From a virus (taxonomy: Duplodnaviria > Caudoviricetes), in IMG/VR virus record IMGVR_UViG_3300037762_000131, positions 1-56,382 of that record: a DNA stretch of 56,382 bases; one strand, given 5' to 3'. The notes below the pieces were generated by a model that searched no databases, was not told where the DNA came from, and saw only the letters and a list, made by a program, of their open reading frames with translations. This document shows, one piece after another, positions 1 to 8,606 of this stretch (its first letter is position 1; each line of letters starts with the position of its first letter). The position numbers and the translations under genes were made by a program.

Positions 1-127
1 CGCTTGATGATGGGCTGGCCCACACGGCGCTCCTCATCATCGGGAACAAAGCCGATGACGACGCCGAGCACACCCCTGTCGGGATAGTTCCAGTAGACGC
101 TGTCGCCCTTGGACGGCGCCCACCACT
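1..127. repeat. Terminal direct overlap, copy 1 (circular assembly)
   Basis: Positions 1-127 are identical to 56256-56382. A length of 127 matches a common assembler k-mer size, and an ORF reads through the join. Confidence 0.95.
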
Positions 128-170
128 TCGGCTCGCGCGTCCTTGCTGATAGCGGGTATGCCGACTTCAT
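1..170 (-). CDS. Hypothetical protein (90 aa), 5' part; spans the circular join (170->1, then 56255->56153)
   Basis: ATG at 170 overlaps the upstream stop (ATGA). MKSAYPLSAR...EGRIG* reads open across the join and its TGA overlaps the ATG at 56156. Confidence 0.75.
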   Translation of the reverse strand, partial: MKSAYPLSARTREPKWWAPSKGDSVYWNYPDRGVLGVVIGFVPDDEERRVGQPIIK

Positions 171-364
171 GTTTGATCCCCTAGGCTGGCTGCGCGGGCA
201 TGCTTGAGGCGACTACGAGCTGTGGCCAACTGCGTGCGTATATCATCCACCGTCATTGCATTATCAAGAATGACATCAATAGCTACTACTGCATCATCAA
301 CGCCTTGACAATAAGCGCGCAATGCCACATCCATAGCTGCATGTTGTGTTGTTATAGCAATCAT
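167..364 (-). CDS. Hypothetical protein (locally AT-richer)
   Basis: MIAITTQH...; ATGA overlaps with neighbours at both ends. Confidence 0.6.
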   Translation of the reverse strand: MIAITTQHAAMDVALRAYCQGVDDAVVAIDVILDNAMTVDDIRTQLATARSRLKHARAASLGDQT

Positions 365-648
365 GACGAGGGCCTGTTCATGGTTTTTCTGGACAGTCGC
401 CGTTCGGCCTCGGCGCGCCCGACATCGGTGAGCCGGTAGTAGCGGCGCGGCGGACGCTTCTTCTCCGACGGGTCGATCTGCTCCCACCCGTCAGTCACCC
501 AACCCTCGTCCAGCATCCTGTGCAAGATCGGGTAGAGCACGCCGGAGCGGACGCCTGACCACTTCGAGATCTGGTAGCCGTAGTGGCGGCCGTCGGGGTC
601 CTGCATCAGCGTGGATAGGACCATCCTGAGCGATTGGGTGTTCCGCAT
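361..648 (-). CDS. PadR-family winged-helix regulator
   Basis: HYGYQI..SGVRSGVLYPILHRMLDEGWV...RRYYRLTDVG is the PadR signature. Start trimmed to the ATG at 648. Confidence 0.9.
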   Translation of the reverse strand: MRNTQSLRMVLSTLMQDPDGRHYGYQISKWSGVRSGVLYPILHRMLDEGWVTDGWEQIDPSEKKRPPRRYYRLTDVGRAEAERRLSRKTMNRPSS

Positions 649-658
649 CCCCGCTAGC

Positions 659-700
659 CTACCTAGGTAGCGATGTCTCTGCTGCGCGGCTACGCGTAGC
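659..700. promoter_or_regulatory. Palindromic operator(s) upstream of the PadR gene
   Basis: Perfect palindromes CTACCTAGGTAG (659-670) and GCTACGCGTAGC (689-700) lie immediately upstream of the start. Confidence 0.55.
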
Positions 701-721
701 CATCCACACCCCGAAGGCGTT

Positions 722-1396
722 CTAACTGGATGACCGTTCTTTCCTGCGCTTGGCCTTGTAGGCGCGGTTGCGTTCTGACTGCGCCGCATAGCACGCGTCG
801 CATCGGCAGCCGTAGTACCCGTAGGTGTAGGCGGTACCGTGTTCCACGTTGTCGGGGATGCCCCGTTCACGGCGGGCTGCGGTGACACGGGCTTTGTCGT
901 CGGCGTTGGCTGCAGTGCACGCGTCGCACCGGCAGAACCAATACTCATATCCCTGCTTAGTCCCGTGCGGCACGACCGACGGATCCCGTTCAGCCAGTTC
1001 GCGGCGGGCTGCAGCCCGCCGCAGATCGTGCGTTTTGACGCAGCGTTCGCAGCGGCATTCCAGGGTGTCGTAGGTCCCGATGGTTCCGTGTTCCGCGTCG
1101 GACCTCGCGGCGGCCAACCGCTGTTGCCGCTCGGCCCGCTCGGCGCGGCGCCGATCCCGGTGCTTGTCCGCCATGATGGTGTTGGTAACCCATTGTGCGG
1201 TCGCGCATTTCCAGCAGCGACACCCGAAGAACTTGTAGACCCGCGCGAACCCGTGCTCGGCGTCGTCAGGGACACCACGCTTCCTTGCCCGTTTGCGATA
1301 GAGGCGGTTGTGCTCGCGGTTCGCGTCGCGGCAGGGTTCGCAGCGGCACCTGTCCTTGTTGTAGGCGGTGATGGTCCCGTGTTCGTAGCGGCTCAC
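722..1396 (-). CDS. Protein of five HGxxxxYxxxxCRCxxC zinc-finger-like repeats
   Basis: Five His/Cys repeats separated by Arg-rich helical linkers. Confidence 0.8.
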   Translation of the reverse strand: MSRYEHGTITAYNKDRCRCEPCRDANREHNRLYRKRARKRGVPDDAEHGFARVYKFFGCRCWKCATAQWVTNTIMADKHRDRRRAERAERQQRLAAARSDAEHGTIGTYDTLECRCERCVKTHDLRRAAARRELAERDPSVVPHGTKQGYEYWFCRCDACTAANADDKARVTAARRERGIPDNVEHGTAYTYGYYGCRCDACYAAQSERNRAYKAKRRKERSSS

Positions 1397-1399
1397 CTG

Positions 1400-1477
1400 T
1401 CACTCATCCCGTGACTCCGGTTTGACTCCCATCGGTGTGCAAGCCCACCGGACTCCACGGCACTGCAGCGGCACGCA
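1400..1477. repeat. 78-bp att-arm-like repeat, copy A
   Basis: 75/78 identical to 2942-3019; contains paired GTGACTCC/TTGACTCC direct repeats. Confidence 0.9.
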
Positions 1478-1484
1478 CAACAAC

Positions 1485-2717
1485 TCACGACCCCACCGTT
1501 CCGTCGAAAGTGAATACATCCTGCGCGAGCCGCCGGGCGATGAGCTGGCAGTAGTCGGCGTTGAGTTCGACGAGGAGTGAGCGGCGGCCGAGCCGGCGGG
1601 CCATGACGGCGGTGGTGCCGGCACCCGCGAACGGGTCGGCGACGGTGCCGGCGGCCCATCCGGCGTCACAGCCACAATCCGACCAGCCGACCGTCTGACG
1701 TTCAGCCGGCTTGCCGAAGCCGCCAGCCGCGCGGTCATCAGGGTCCGAGAGCGACCTGCTCAACGGCGCCGCGTTGCCGTTCAGCCCGTAGCGCATCGGA
1801 TCGCCGTCAGCCTTGCGGCGATCCCACGACGACGCCGACGCTTCGACGATGCGTTGGCGGCCGGCGCCGCACGCCCGACACGCCCACTCCGGCACCGTCG
1901 CGAGAATGGGGCGGCGGACCAGCTCCGGTGGGAACATCGCGAAGTGGCCATACGGGTTCGGGACAGTGGGGATGGTCCACACATCACCCGGATTCGCGCC
2001 GGACGATGGCGTCCACTCACGGTGCAGTTGCTCTACGGACCCGCCATCGGTCGTCGCCGCTCGTGCTTGTGCCAAACCCCGCGAAGTGGAGTAGCGAGAC
2101 CGGTCGATACTTGACCCCCGGTGGGGTTCGCGGATGGCGTCCAAATCGTAGTGATAGCGGGGTTGGCGGACGAAATGGAACAACGCCTCATGCTTCGTCG
2201 CCAACCGGTCCGTAGCAGATGAGGGCATGCCGTTGGGTTTGGCCCAGACGACGCGGTTGCGGAAGATCCAGCCGCGTTCGATGAGGGCGAGTGCGACGCG
2301 TTCGGGGATCATCAACAGACACTTGTTCGGGAAGTCGGTGGCTGATGTCGGCGGCCGCCCTGTGCCGTGCGCCATGTCAAGACGCTCTCGTTTCGGTCGC
2401 GACCCGACCGTCGCAGTAGCCCCGTAGTTGCCCCACGATCCGCTGTAGCTGTCGCCGAGGTTGAGCCACAACGACCCATCCGCCCGCAACACCGAAGTAC
2501 CCCAGTCGGTCAGCAGGTCGGCCAGCGGTTCGATGTACTCGGCGGGTGACTCCTCCAACCCGAGCTGCCCGTCGACGCCGTAGTCCCGCAGCCCGTAGTA
2601 CGGGGGGCTGGTGATGATCGCGTGGGCGGACTGCTCGGGCAGGTGTTGCCAGATGGTGCGGGCGTCGCCACAGTGGAGGGTGACGTCGGATGCCTGCCAG
2701 TACGGGACGGCGGTCAT
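1485..2717 (-). CDS. Beta-class N4-C/N6-A DNA methyltransferase with inserted Cys-rich segment
   Basis: ITSPPY motif IV, WLNLGDSY, HFAMFPPEL, C-terminal DPFAGAGTT motif I; CxxC...CxC insertion before motif I. Confidence 0.92.
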   Translation of the reverse strand: MTAVPYWQASDVTLHCGDARTIWQHLPEQSAHAIITSPPYYGLRDYGVDGQLGLEESPAEYIEPLADLLTDWGTSVLRADGSLWLNLGDSYSGSWGNYGATATVGSRPKRERLDMAHGTGRPPTSATDFPNKCLLMIPERVALALIERGWIFRNRVVWAKPNGMPSSATDRLATKHEALFHFVRQPRYHYDLDAIREPHRGSSIDRSRYSTSRGLAQARAATTDGGSVEQLHREWTPSSGANPGDVWTIPTVPNPYGHFAMFPPELVRRPILATVPEWACRACGAGRQRIVEASASSWDRRKADGDPMRYGLNGNAAPLSRSLSDPDDRAAGGFGKPAERQTVGWSDCGCDAGWAAGTVADPFAGAGTTAVMARRLGRRSLLVELNADYCQLIARRLAQDVFTFDGTVGS

Positions 2718-2718
2718 G

Positions 2719-2949
2719 TCAGCGCAGTCGATTGTTGTTGGTCATGACCTTCAACGCGAAGAGACTGCCCTTGAGCCTGTTCGTGTTGCCTTTCCCCCGT
2801 CCCGACGAAAGGTGATAGGCGTCGCAGTTGTCGTCCTGGCAGACGGTGATGTACCACTCCGGACGACCCCCGAGCTTGCGTAGGCGACGCAGGGCATCGG
2901 CGGCGATGGCTGCCGTCGCATACTTCTTCTTGGTGCAGCGCTCACTCAT
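2719..2949 (-). CDS. Small basic Cys/His protein (CxKKKY...CxxxxCxxYHL)
   Basis: ATG directly after repeat copy B, with GGAG 7 nt upstream. Confidence 0.7.
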   Translation of the reverse strand: MSERCTKKKYATAAIAADALRRLRKLGGRPEWYITVCQDDNCDAYHLSSGRGKGNTNRLKGSLFALKVMTNNNRLR

Positions 2950-3260
2950 CCCGTGACTCCGGTTTGACTCCCATCGGCGTGCGAGCCCACCGGACTCCAC
3001 GGGACTGCAGCGGCACGCAACCCCCCAGAACCCTGGAACAGTGCGGGTTTTGTGCGTGTCCACGCAACTGCACGCAACCCCACCGGACGGGGGGCGGATG
3101 GTTGACCGCCATGTGAACCCCTCGGCCCATCACGACTCGAACCCCGGCGCCGACACCCGAGAAATGGCTTGCCCACGCTGTTTCATGGGATTCATGAGAT
3201 TCATGGGAGTCGTGGATCTCATGGATTCCATGGCCCGTGACTCCCATCTGACTCCCATCC
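2942..3260. other. Putative attP (arm-type pairs near 2953-2972 and 3237-3256 flanking 9-10-bp periodic accessory-factor repeats)
   Basis: Largely non-coding gap downstream of the integrase. TGACTCC direct-repeat pairs at both ends; TTCATGGGA-like 9-bp tandem repeats at 3181-3232. Core site not identified. Confidence 0.7.
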
Positions 3261-3265
3261 GCGAG

Positions 3266-3408
3266 CTAGCGCTGCCATGACGACTCCGAATAGCTGCCCA
3301 GCATCCAGATACCTGCCTTCTTCCAACCTCGCCAGAAATCGGGTGAGGTCGTCGATCGGCATCCGCGGATATCAGACTCGATGAACCTGAACTCGTCTTC
3401 GAGCGTCA
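3266..3408 (-). CDS. Small hypothetical protein (approximate start)
   Basis: MTLEDEFRFIESDIRG...; coupled to the upstream small membrane ORF. Confidence 0.4.
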
Positions 3409-3552
3409 TCGCTCTACCGCCGCGCCGACGAGCACACCGACCGCGCCACCGCCGAACCCCAACAGGATCTTGGCGCCCAACGACATGTCGAATGTCAATG
3501 CGACGGCCAGCACTATCGCCATGGCGGCGATCCAACCTATGAATCTCATCAT
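3406..3552 (-). CDS. Small two-helix membrane protein (approximate start)
   Basis: MMRFIGWIAAMAIVLAVALTF...ILLGFGGGAVGVLVGAA is hydrophobic. Confidence 0.5.
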   Translation of the reverse strand: MMRFIGWIAAMAIVLAVALTFDMSLGAKILLGFGGGAVGVLVGAAVER

Positions 3553-3819
3553 TGCCACGCCTCCCATACCAGCCACCCCACTGCGAACAGCAGCCACCAG
3601 CCGGCGACCCAACGGAACAGGCTCCGCCGGTCGTTCCAGACGGCCCGTTTGAGATCGGCCCACGATCGTTGCAGGTCGTCCCACGGGTCATTCCATGGCT
3701 CGTTCATCTGGTGGTCCTTTTGGCGGTCCGCTCCGCCGCCGCCCCACGCCTCACCCGGCGCTCCTCGGGTGCCCGTCGGGACCCAGAGGCCACGTGCGCA
3801 TAGGTCCCGACGGACAGAC

Positions 3820-5007
3820 TCATCCTGTGATCCTTTTGGCGATCCGTTCGGCGGCGGCCCGATGCTGCCGGTCGGACACATGCCGATAGGTGCCCAACGT
3901 CGTGGACACATGCGCGTGCCCCAACCGCTCCGACACCACCTTGGCGTCCACACCCGCGTCCAACGCCATCGTCGCGTACCCGTGCCGCAACGCATGCACA
4001 TCAATCCGAGGGAGCCCCAAGGCTTTTGCGTGGCGGCGCAACGCCCGCCACAACCGGTCCGGATGCATCACACTGCCGTCTTCCCAGCACACCACCAGAT
4101 CCAGGTCGTGGTAGGCGGGGCCGCACGCCAGCTTTTCTTGCGACAAACGGGCGTGATGGGTCCTGAGAACCTCCACAGTCCGCGCGTCGAGTTCGACGGT
4201 CCGTTCCCCCGCCCGCGTCTTCGCGCCGTCCACCCACACCGGCCTGTTGTCAACCTCGGTCAACTCCCACCGCACCCTGAGCGCACCAGACTCAAGGTCG
4301 ACATCCTCCCAGTGCAGGCCGCACGCCTCCCCCCGCCGCAAACCCGTCGTCGCCAGCAGCCGCCACACCGGCCACAGCCGATCCCGCTTGGCTTCGAGCC
4401 AGGCGAGCCACCGGCCGGTCTGCTCCGGCGTCCACACCCGCTCGCTGTTCCTCGATGTCGCCGCCCTCTCCGACGGCGGGTGCGCCAACCCCGCCACATT
4501 CCGCGACACATACCCGCGCTCCACCGCCACCGCCAACGCCCGGTGCAACGCCACATGTGCAGACCGGACCGTCTTCGGCGACAGCGGTCCCACGTCCCGC
4601 AGCTTGCCCTTCGCTGTCCTGCGCTGCCACCCGCCGCGCTCGAGCAGCCGATACACCGCGTCGACCTGCTCCGCCGACAGCTTCTCCAACTTGATGCCGC
4701 CGAGATGCGGGATCAGATACCACTCGCACATGTTCCGACGATGCGCCGTGGTCGTCGCCTTCCCCCCAACCCCCACATACCAGGCGCGGAGATAGCCGGC
4801 GACCGTCTGCCGCTGCTCACGAACCAGAGGGATGTCGCCGGCCGCGATGCGGCCGCGCAACCCGTCCTCCCACACCCGCGCCTCACGTTTGGTGGCGAAC
4901 CCGCGTTTCGTGGACTTCCGCCGGCGGCCGTCCGGATGAGGTGGCAGCTCGTAGTTGACCCGCCACCGCTCCCGCCCCCTCCCGTCGACATACTTATGCA
5001 CACTCAC
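3820..5007 (-). CDS. int: Tyrosine integrase with N-terminal arm-binding domain
   Basis: GLRRGEACGL (R), AKT (K), HALRH, LGH and TYRH (Y) catalytic residues; N-terminal WRVNY..KRGFATKREA. GTG start overlaps the upstream TGA. Confidence 0.96.
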   Translation of the reverse strand: MSVHKYVDGRGRERWRVNYELPPHPDGRRRKSTKRGFATKREARVWEDGLRGRIAAGDIPLVREQRQTVAGYLRAWYVGVGGKATTTAHRRNMCEWYLIPHLGGIKLEKLSAEQVDAVYRLLERGGWQRRTAKGKLRDVGPLSPKTVRSAHVALHRALAVAVERGYVSRNVAGLAHPPSERAATSRNSERVWTPEQTGRWLAWLEAKRDRLWPVWRLLATTGLRRGEACGLHWEDVDLESGALRVRWELTEVDNRPVWVDGAKTRAGERTVELDARTVEVLRTHHARLSQEKLACGPAYHDLDLVVCWEDGSVMHPDRLWRALRRHAKALGLPRIDVHALRHGYATMALDAGVDAKVVSERLGHAHVSTTLGTYRHVSDRQHRAAAERIAKRITG

Positions 5008-5345
5008 AACGACCGTGCTTCTACCCAGCGGGGCATCTTGCGAGGGTGGAACACGACCTCCCAGTGCGGGCCGCAGACTTCGCCGTGGTTGATCTGCCAG
5101 ACCCGTTGCAGGTGCATGACGGGCATCCCGAAGTTCATGCAGACAGCGAGGACGCGCCACCCTTCACCGTGTGAGCCGACGAAGCCTACGGTCGGGTCGC
5201 AGTAGGCGTGGCCTTCGCCGCCCTCGCACGACTCGGTGGTGTGGACGTCGTGGTCGAGGAGGATCTTCACGGCATGCGCGATGCCGAGATCCAGCGGGTC
5301 GCCCGGGCAGATCGCCTTCGCTATCTCCTCGGCGGTCTGTGTCAT
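5004..5345 (-). CDS. Hypothetical protein (DxGI..TTESCEG motif)
   Basis: AGGA RBS; coupled overlaps on both sides. Confidence 0.7.
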   Translation of the reverse strand: MTQTAEEIAKAICPGDPLDLGIAHAVKILLDHDVHTTESCEGGEGHAYCDPTVGFVGSHGEGWRVLAVCMNFGMPVMHLQRVWQINHGEVCGPHWEVVFHPRKMPRWVEARSL

Positions 5346-5572
5346 CTGCTGTTCCTTTTGGTGTCGAACGCCTGGACGTCCAACGCGTCGCACGCGGCGA
5401 TCAGCGCGTCCTCCGCCCGATCCAACAACACCTCATCCACCCGCTCCAGGCGGACCGACGGGGTGTCAGCTATCCGCCCCGCCAACGCCTTCACCCTGCG
5501 CGCGTGCTCGATCCGGTCCTGGTAGCGGTGGTACGCCTGGTCGCCCGCAGCCCCACGCCCCCCGGCCATCAA
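5342..5572 (-). CDS. Hypothetical protein
   Basis: ATGA-coupled in the leftward operon. Confidence 0.55.
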   Translation of the reverse strand: MMAGGRGAAGDQAYHRYQDRIEHARRVKALAGRIADTPSVRLERVDEVLLDRAEDALIAACDALDVQAFDTKRNSR

Positions 5573-5766
5573 GATTCACCATCCATCGGCGAATTCGCGT
5601 TGTCCCATCCCAAGTGGCGCTCGACTTCGCCCAGCACCGCCTCCGGTCCGATCCACCACTCGGCATCCGCGTTCGGGTACTCACGGATTGCGGCTGCGAC
5701 CTTCCCCCGCAACTCATGGTGGAAGTGATCGCCGTCGTGTGCTTCGCATCGCAGCGGGTTCACCAT
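5569..5766 (-). CDS. Hypothetical protein
   Basis: Strong AAGGAGG RBS upstream; coupled to the next ORF. Confidence 0.6.
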   Translation of the reverse strand: MVNPLRCEAHDGDHFHHELRGKVAAAIREYPNADAEWWIGPEAVLGEVERHLGWDNANSPMDGES

Positions 5767-6023
5767 GACCCCTCCTTACTGTCCGTCGAATCCTTACAGC
5801 CCTGTGTCATCCGTTTGCTTTCACCCAGTGGAAGACGGCAGCCTTACGCACCTGCCGTACGCACCAGGGGTCACCATGCACGCCACGCCAGCACACCTCG
5901 CCTTGGCGGCCGCCGCCGTGGTTCTCCGGTGGGCCGCTGAGAACGGCCGCCTCCGCGACGAGTTGGCGTGGCACCGTGACGCCTTGCATTCGGCGCGGTC
6001 GGCGTTGGACGGCGCGTCGGCGG

Positions 6024-6365
6024 TCATCGCCTGTGGACGTAGCTTCGATAGTGAGCGACCAGAGCGTCCCGCTGAATCTGCGTGAGTTCCTTGTCGCGGC
6101 GCACCACTTCCTCGAAGCTCGGCCAACCACGGGGAGGTAGTTCGCCGTCGTTCCTGTCGAGCTGCTGCTCGATCGCGGTGACTGACGTGCCGAGTGCTTG
6201 TGCGAGTCGCGCCAAGTTCTCCAGGGTGATCGTGTTGTGGATGCCCCGTTCGATGCGGGACAGGGTGGATGTGTCGACGTTGGCGCGACGTGCAAGTTCG
6301 GTCATGGAGTAGCCGGCGTCCTCGCGTAGCCCGCGTAGGACGTCGCCCACACTCCGTTTCTCCAT
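6024..6365 (-). CDS. XRE-family HTH immunity repressor (probable)
   Basis: LRGLREDAGYSMTELARRANVDTSTLSRIERG; co-oriented with int; leaderless start just after a TTGCGC-N18-TATCCT promoter. Confidence 0.85.
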   Translation of the reverse strand: MEKRSVGDVLRGLREDAGYSMTELARRANVDTSTLSRIERGIHNTITLENLARLAQALGTSVTAIEQQLDRNDGELPPRGWPSFEEVVRRDKELTQIQRDALVAHYRSYVHRR

Positions 6366-6372
6366 GAGCGCA

Positions 6373-6402
6373 AGGATACGCATGTCCCTTGCTCATGCGC
6401 AA
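6373..6402 (-). promoter_or_regulatory. Leaderless promoter of the repressor, overlapping a GCGCAAC operator-like motif
   Basis: TTGCGC (6402-6397), 18-nt spacer, TATCCT (6378-6373), then ATG 7 nt later. Confidence 0.6.
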
Positions 6403-6411
6403 CCCCCCTTG

Positions 6412-7461
6412 TTACCGGTCGGTAGCGGCGGCGCCGTGGACAAAGCCGCAAGCAGGACATGCATGCGTGGCGGCTGATTCAGTCCCGGCCGCGGCAGGCG
6501 CTGTCTTGGCTCGTTCCTCACGCCTGCCGCGTTCCTGATCGACCACCTTTTGGACGCTGGCGGGGGTCCGGTTGCGCGTGGTGTCCAAGCCGAGGACTTC
6601 GTGGCCGAGTTCGTCCATCGTCTTGCCCTGCTCGAAGTAGCCCTCAATGATGTCAGCTTCCTGCTCGGGGGTGACTCTCGGTCGGCCCCCACGCGTCTTA
6701 GGTTTCCCATCGTGGGAAACTCCCGCGATGTCCCGGCCAACCGTCGAGGCGCTTACTTTGAGCGCCTCCGCGATCCGCTCAATCGTCCAGTCGCGCTCGC
6801 CATACAGGTACTCGGCGATCTCCTTACGCTCTTCCGGGGTGAATGGCTTCGCGCCGAGATTCGACCCGATCGCGTACGCGAACCGCTTGGCGTCGGCCTC
6901 ATCTCCTTGGCCGAGGGTGACCTTGGTGATCACCGGTTTGATCCCCAGCTCCTGCGCCACAGCCAGCCGCCGGTGGCCGACCAGGATCACTCCACGCTCA
7001 TCCGCGATTGCTGGCAATTCGGGCAGCCATCCGAACGAGCGCATCGACTCGCGCAACTCGGCCATGGTGTCCTTGCCCGTGTTGCGGCGGATGTTGTCCG
7101 AGAACCGTCCGGTCATCGGGTCGAACGGCGCGTGAAACCGCGCATATGGATCGTCGTACAGGTGCAGCAGCTTCTTGCCGGGATACCGGACCTTGTCGGC
7201 GTCGCGGGTTAAGCGGTAGCCACTGCCGTTCATCTCGACCTGCGAACCGAGCTCGGCGATCGCACGGTCGATCAGCCACGCCTCGGCCTCGGTGTTGCTG
7301 GCGCAGCCCTCCTGCGACCGGACACGCGCCAAGTCCCCCGTGTTCGGATGCTGATAGCTTGCCGCCAGGTCCGAGGCCGGCAAGGCCGCCGGAGCGGCCC
7401 TGCCAAGCTCGGTGGCGACGTGACGCACCGGACTCACAAGATCCAATGGGTAGTCGCCCAT
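6412..7461 (-). CDS. ParB/Srx-fold protein with HTH and C-terminal CPACG zinc knuckle
   Basis: NIRR..ELRESMRSFGW..AIADERGVILVGHRRL; WTIERIAEALKVSASTVGRD HTH. Confidence 0.82.
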   Translation of the reverse strand: MGDYPLDLVSPVRHVATELGRAAPAALPASDLAASYQHPNTGDLARVRSQEGCASNTEAEAWLIDRAIAELGSQVEMNGSGYRLTRDADKVRYPGKKLLHLYDDPYARFHAPFDPMTGRFSDNIRRNTGKDTMAELRESMRSFGWLPELPAIADERGVILVGHRRLAVAQELGIKPVITKVTLGQGDEADAKRFAYAIGSNLGAKPFTPEERKEIAEYLYGERDWTIERIAEALKVSASTVGRDIAGVSHDGKPKTRGGRPRVTPEQEADIIEGYFEQGKTMDELGHEVLGLDTTRNRTPASVQKVVDQERGRREERAKTAPAAAGTESAATHACPACGFVHGAAATDR

Positions 7462-7467
7462 AGCCGA

Positions 7468-8478
7468 TCAGCCCTTTCGTGCCAGCTCAGCGAGCACGTC
7501 CTCCGTGGTGGAGTTGCGCTGCATCCGCAGGACCTCGATCAGCACAACGACGGCCTCGGTGAGCGCCTCTGTGTGCGTCTCGTTGACCTTCGGGTCCGTC
7601 TCCAGCAGCTCCTGCTCGCGCTCGGCGAACTTCTTGATGAACCCGAGGCGCTGCCGCAACTGCCGTGACACCGGAGGCTTGCCGCTGCCGGTCAGCTCCT
7701 TTTCGCGGATCCTGTCACCGAGCTCCATCCGCAGCTCCGACACAGCATCGATCGCGCCCTGGTCGGAGCCGGTGTCGCGCATCTCCTTCGCGGTGTCCTT
7801 GATCTCGCTGGCGTTCAATCCGGCGTCCGCCGCGAGCGACGCCAGCTCCTTGTAGGGCACGTCGTTCAGCGCGACTACGTCCTTCGCGCCCAACGCGCGC
7901 AGCGACGGGCCACCGACGGCGCCGTTGGGGTTAAGCCCGACACGGCGCATCTTCGCCGCCGCGTCGATCTCCCGTTTGACCTGCGTGACGCTGCTTGACT
8001 TCAACCCGATCGCCCGGCCGATCTGCTCGGTCTTCCAACCGAGCTCGACCAACCGCGTCGCGACCTCGCGGGTCTCGCGGCCCGTGAGCGGCACGCCGTT
8101 CGACGCGTTGAGGGTCGCCGCGAGCGCGTGTAGCTCGTTCTGCCGCTTGCGGTTCGCGCCACCCCAGGCGACGTCCAGGACGATCGCGGGGCAGAACTTC
8201 TCCTTGCGGAGCAGCCTGGCGCCGACGCGGGTGTTGCCGTCCACGATCCAGTCGTCGGAGGTCACGACGATCGGCGGGAACGGGGTCTCGCCCATCTGGA
8301 CGGCGTACCGTTGGACGGAGTCCTTCGGCGCGTAGTGCTTGGGTTCACGGACCTGGATGCGCCGGTCGGGACTGAGCCGGGTGAGGTCGAAGTCAGCGAC
8401 CTCGCTCCAGTCGAAACCGAGGCGTTCAATCTCGGTCACGGCGCTGGGTTTGGTAGGGGTTGCAGACGGTACAGCCAT
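7468..8478 (-). CDS. ParB-like N-terminal domain protein with HTH
   Basis: QVR..VQRYAVQM..FPPIVV..IVDGNTRV; WKTEQIGRAIGLKSSSVTQ HTH; GAAAGGAGG RBS. Confidence 0.78.
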   Translation of the reverse strand: MAVPSATPTKPSAVTEIERLGFDWSEVADFDLTRLSPDRRIQVREPKHYAPKDSVQRYAVQMGETPFPPIVVTSDDWIVDGNTRVGARLLRKEKFCPAIVLDVAWGGANRKRQNELHALAATLNASNGVPLTGRETREVATRLVELGWKTEQIGRAIGLKSSSVTQVKREIDAAAKMRRVGLNPNGAVGGPSLRALGAKDVVALNDVPYKELASLAADAGLNASEIKDTAKEMRDTGSDQGAIDAVSELRMELGDRIREKELTGSGKPPVSRQLRQRLGFIKKFAEREQELLETDPKVNETHTEALTEAVVVLIEVLRMQRNSTTEDVLAELARKG

Positions 8479-8536
8479 CTGTAGCCCCTCCTTTCTTTGG
8501 TGGTTGGCAACCCTTGTGGCCGCCACTGCCTGGCAC

Positions 8537-8600
8537 ACGGTAGCGGACGCAATGGATCTGCGCAACTCCCTTGCGCAACCGTGCGCCACGGATATACGCT
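8537..8600. promoter_or_regulatory. Divergent promoter pair with TGCGCAAC repeats (genetic switch)
   Basis: Rightward TTGCGC(8571)-N18-TACGCT(8595)-N6-ATG; leftward TTGCGC(8565)-N17-TACCGT(8542); TGCGCAAC at 8559 and 8572. Confidence 0.6.
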
Positions 8601-8606
8601 GGACCC

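Noticed and set aside
1-127. Biological terminal direct repeat
   Set aside because: 127 bp equals a standard assembly k-mer, it lies mid-gene, and the HNH-terminase layout points to ends near 21.2 kb.
1400-3019. CRISPR array or classical integron attC sites
   Set aside because: Repeats are ~78 bp, separated by whole genes, and built of direct rather than inverted repeats. There are no cas genes, and the integrase has an arm-binding N-terminus rather than IntI features.
3110-3150. tRNA fragment as att core (GGTTCGAGTC on the minus strand)
   Set aside because: The T-loop-like 10-mer is not followed by a pairing T-stem, acceptor stem or CCA.
5765-6085. Gene between repressor and 5766 (either strand)
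   Set aside because: Competing short frames with no motif; no ImmA-like HExxH protease; cannot choose one.
6412-8478. ParABS plasmid-prophage partition system
   Set aside because: No Walker-type ParA or parS array seen, and the phage encodes an integrase.
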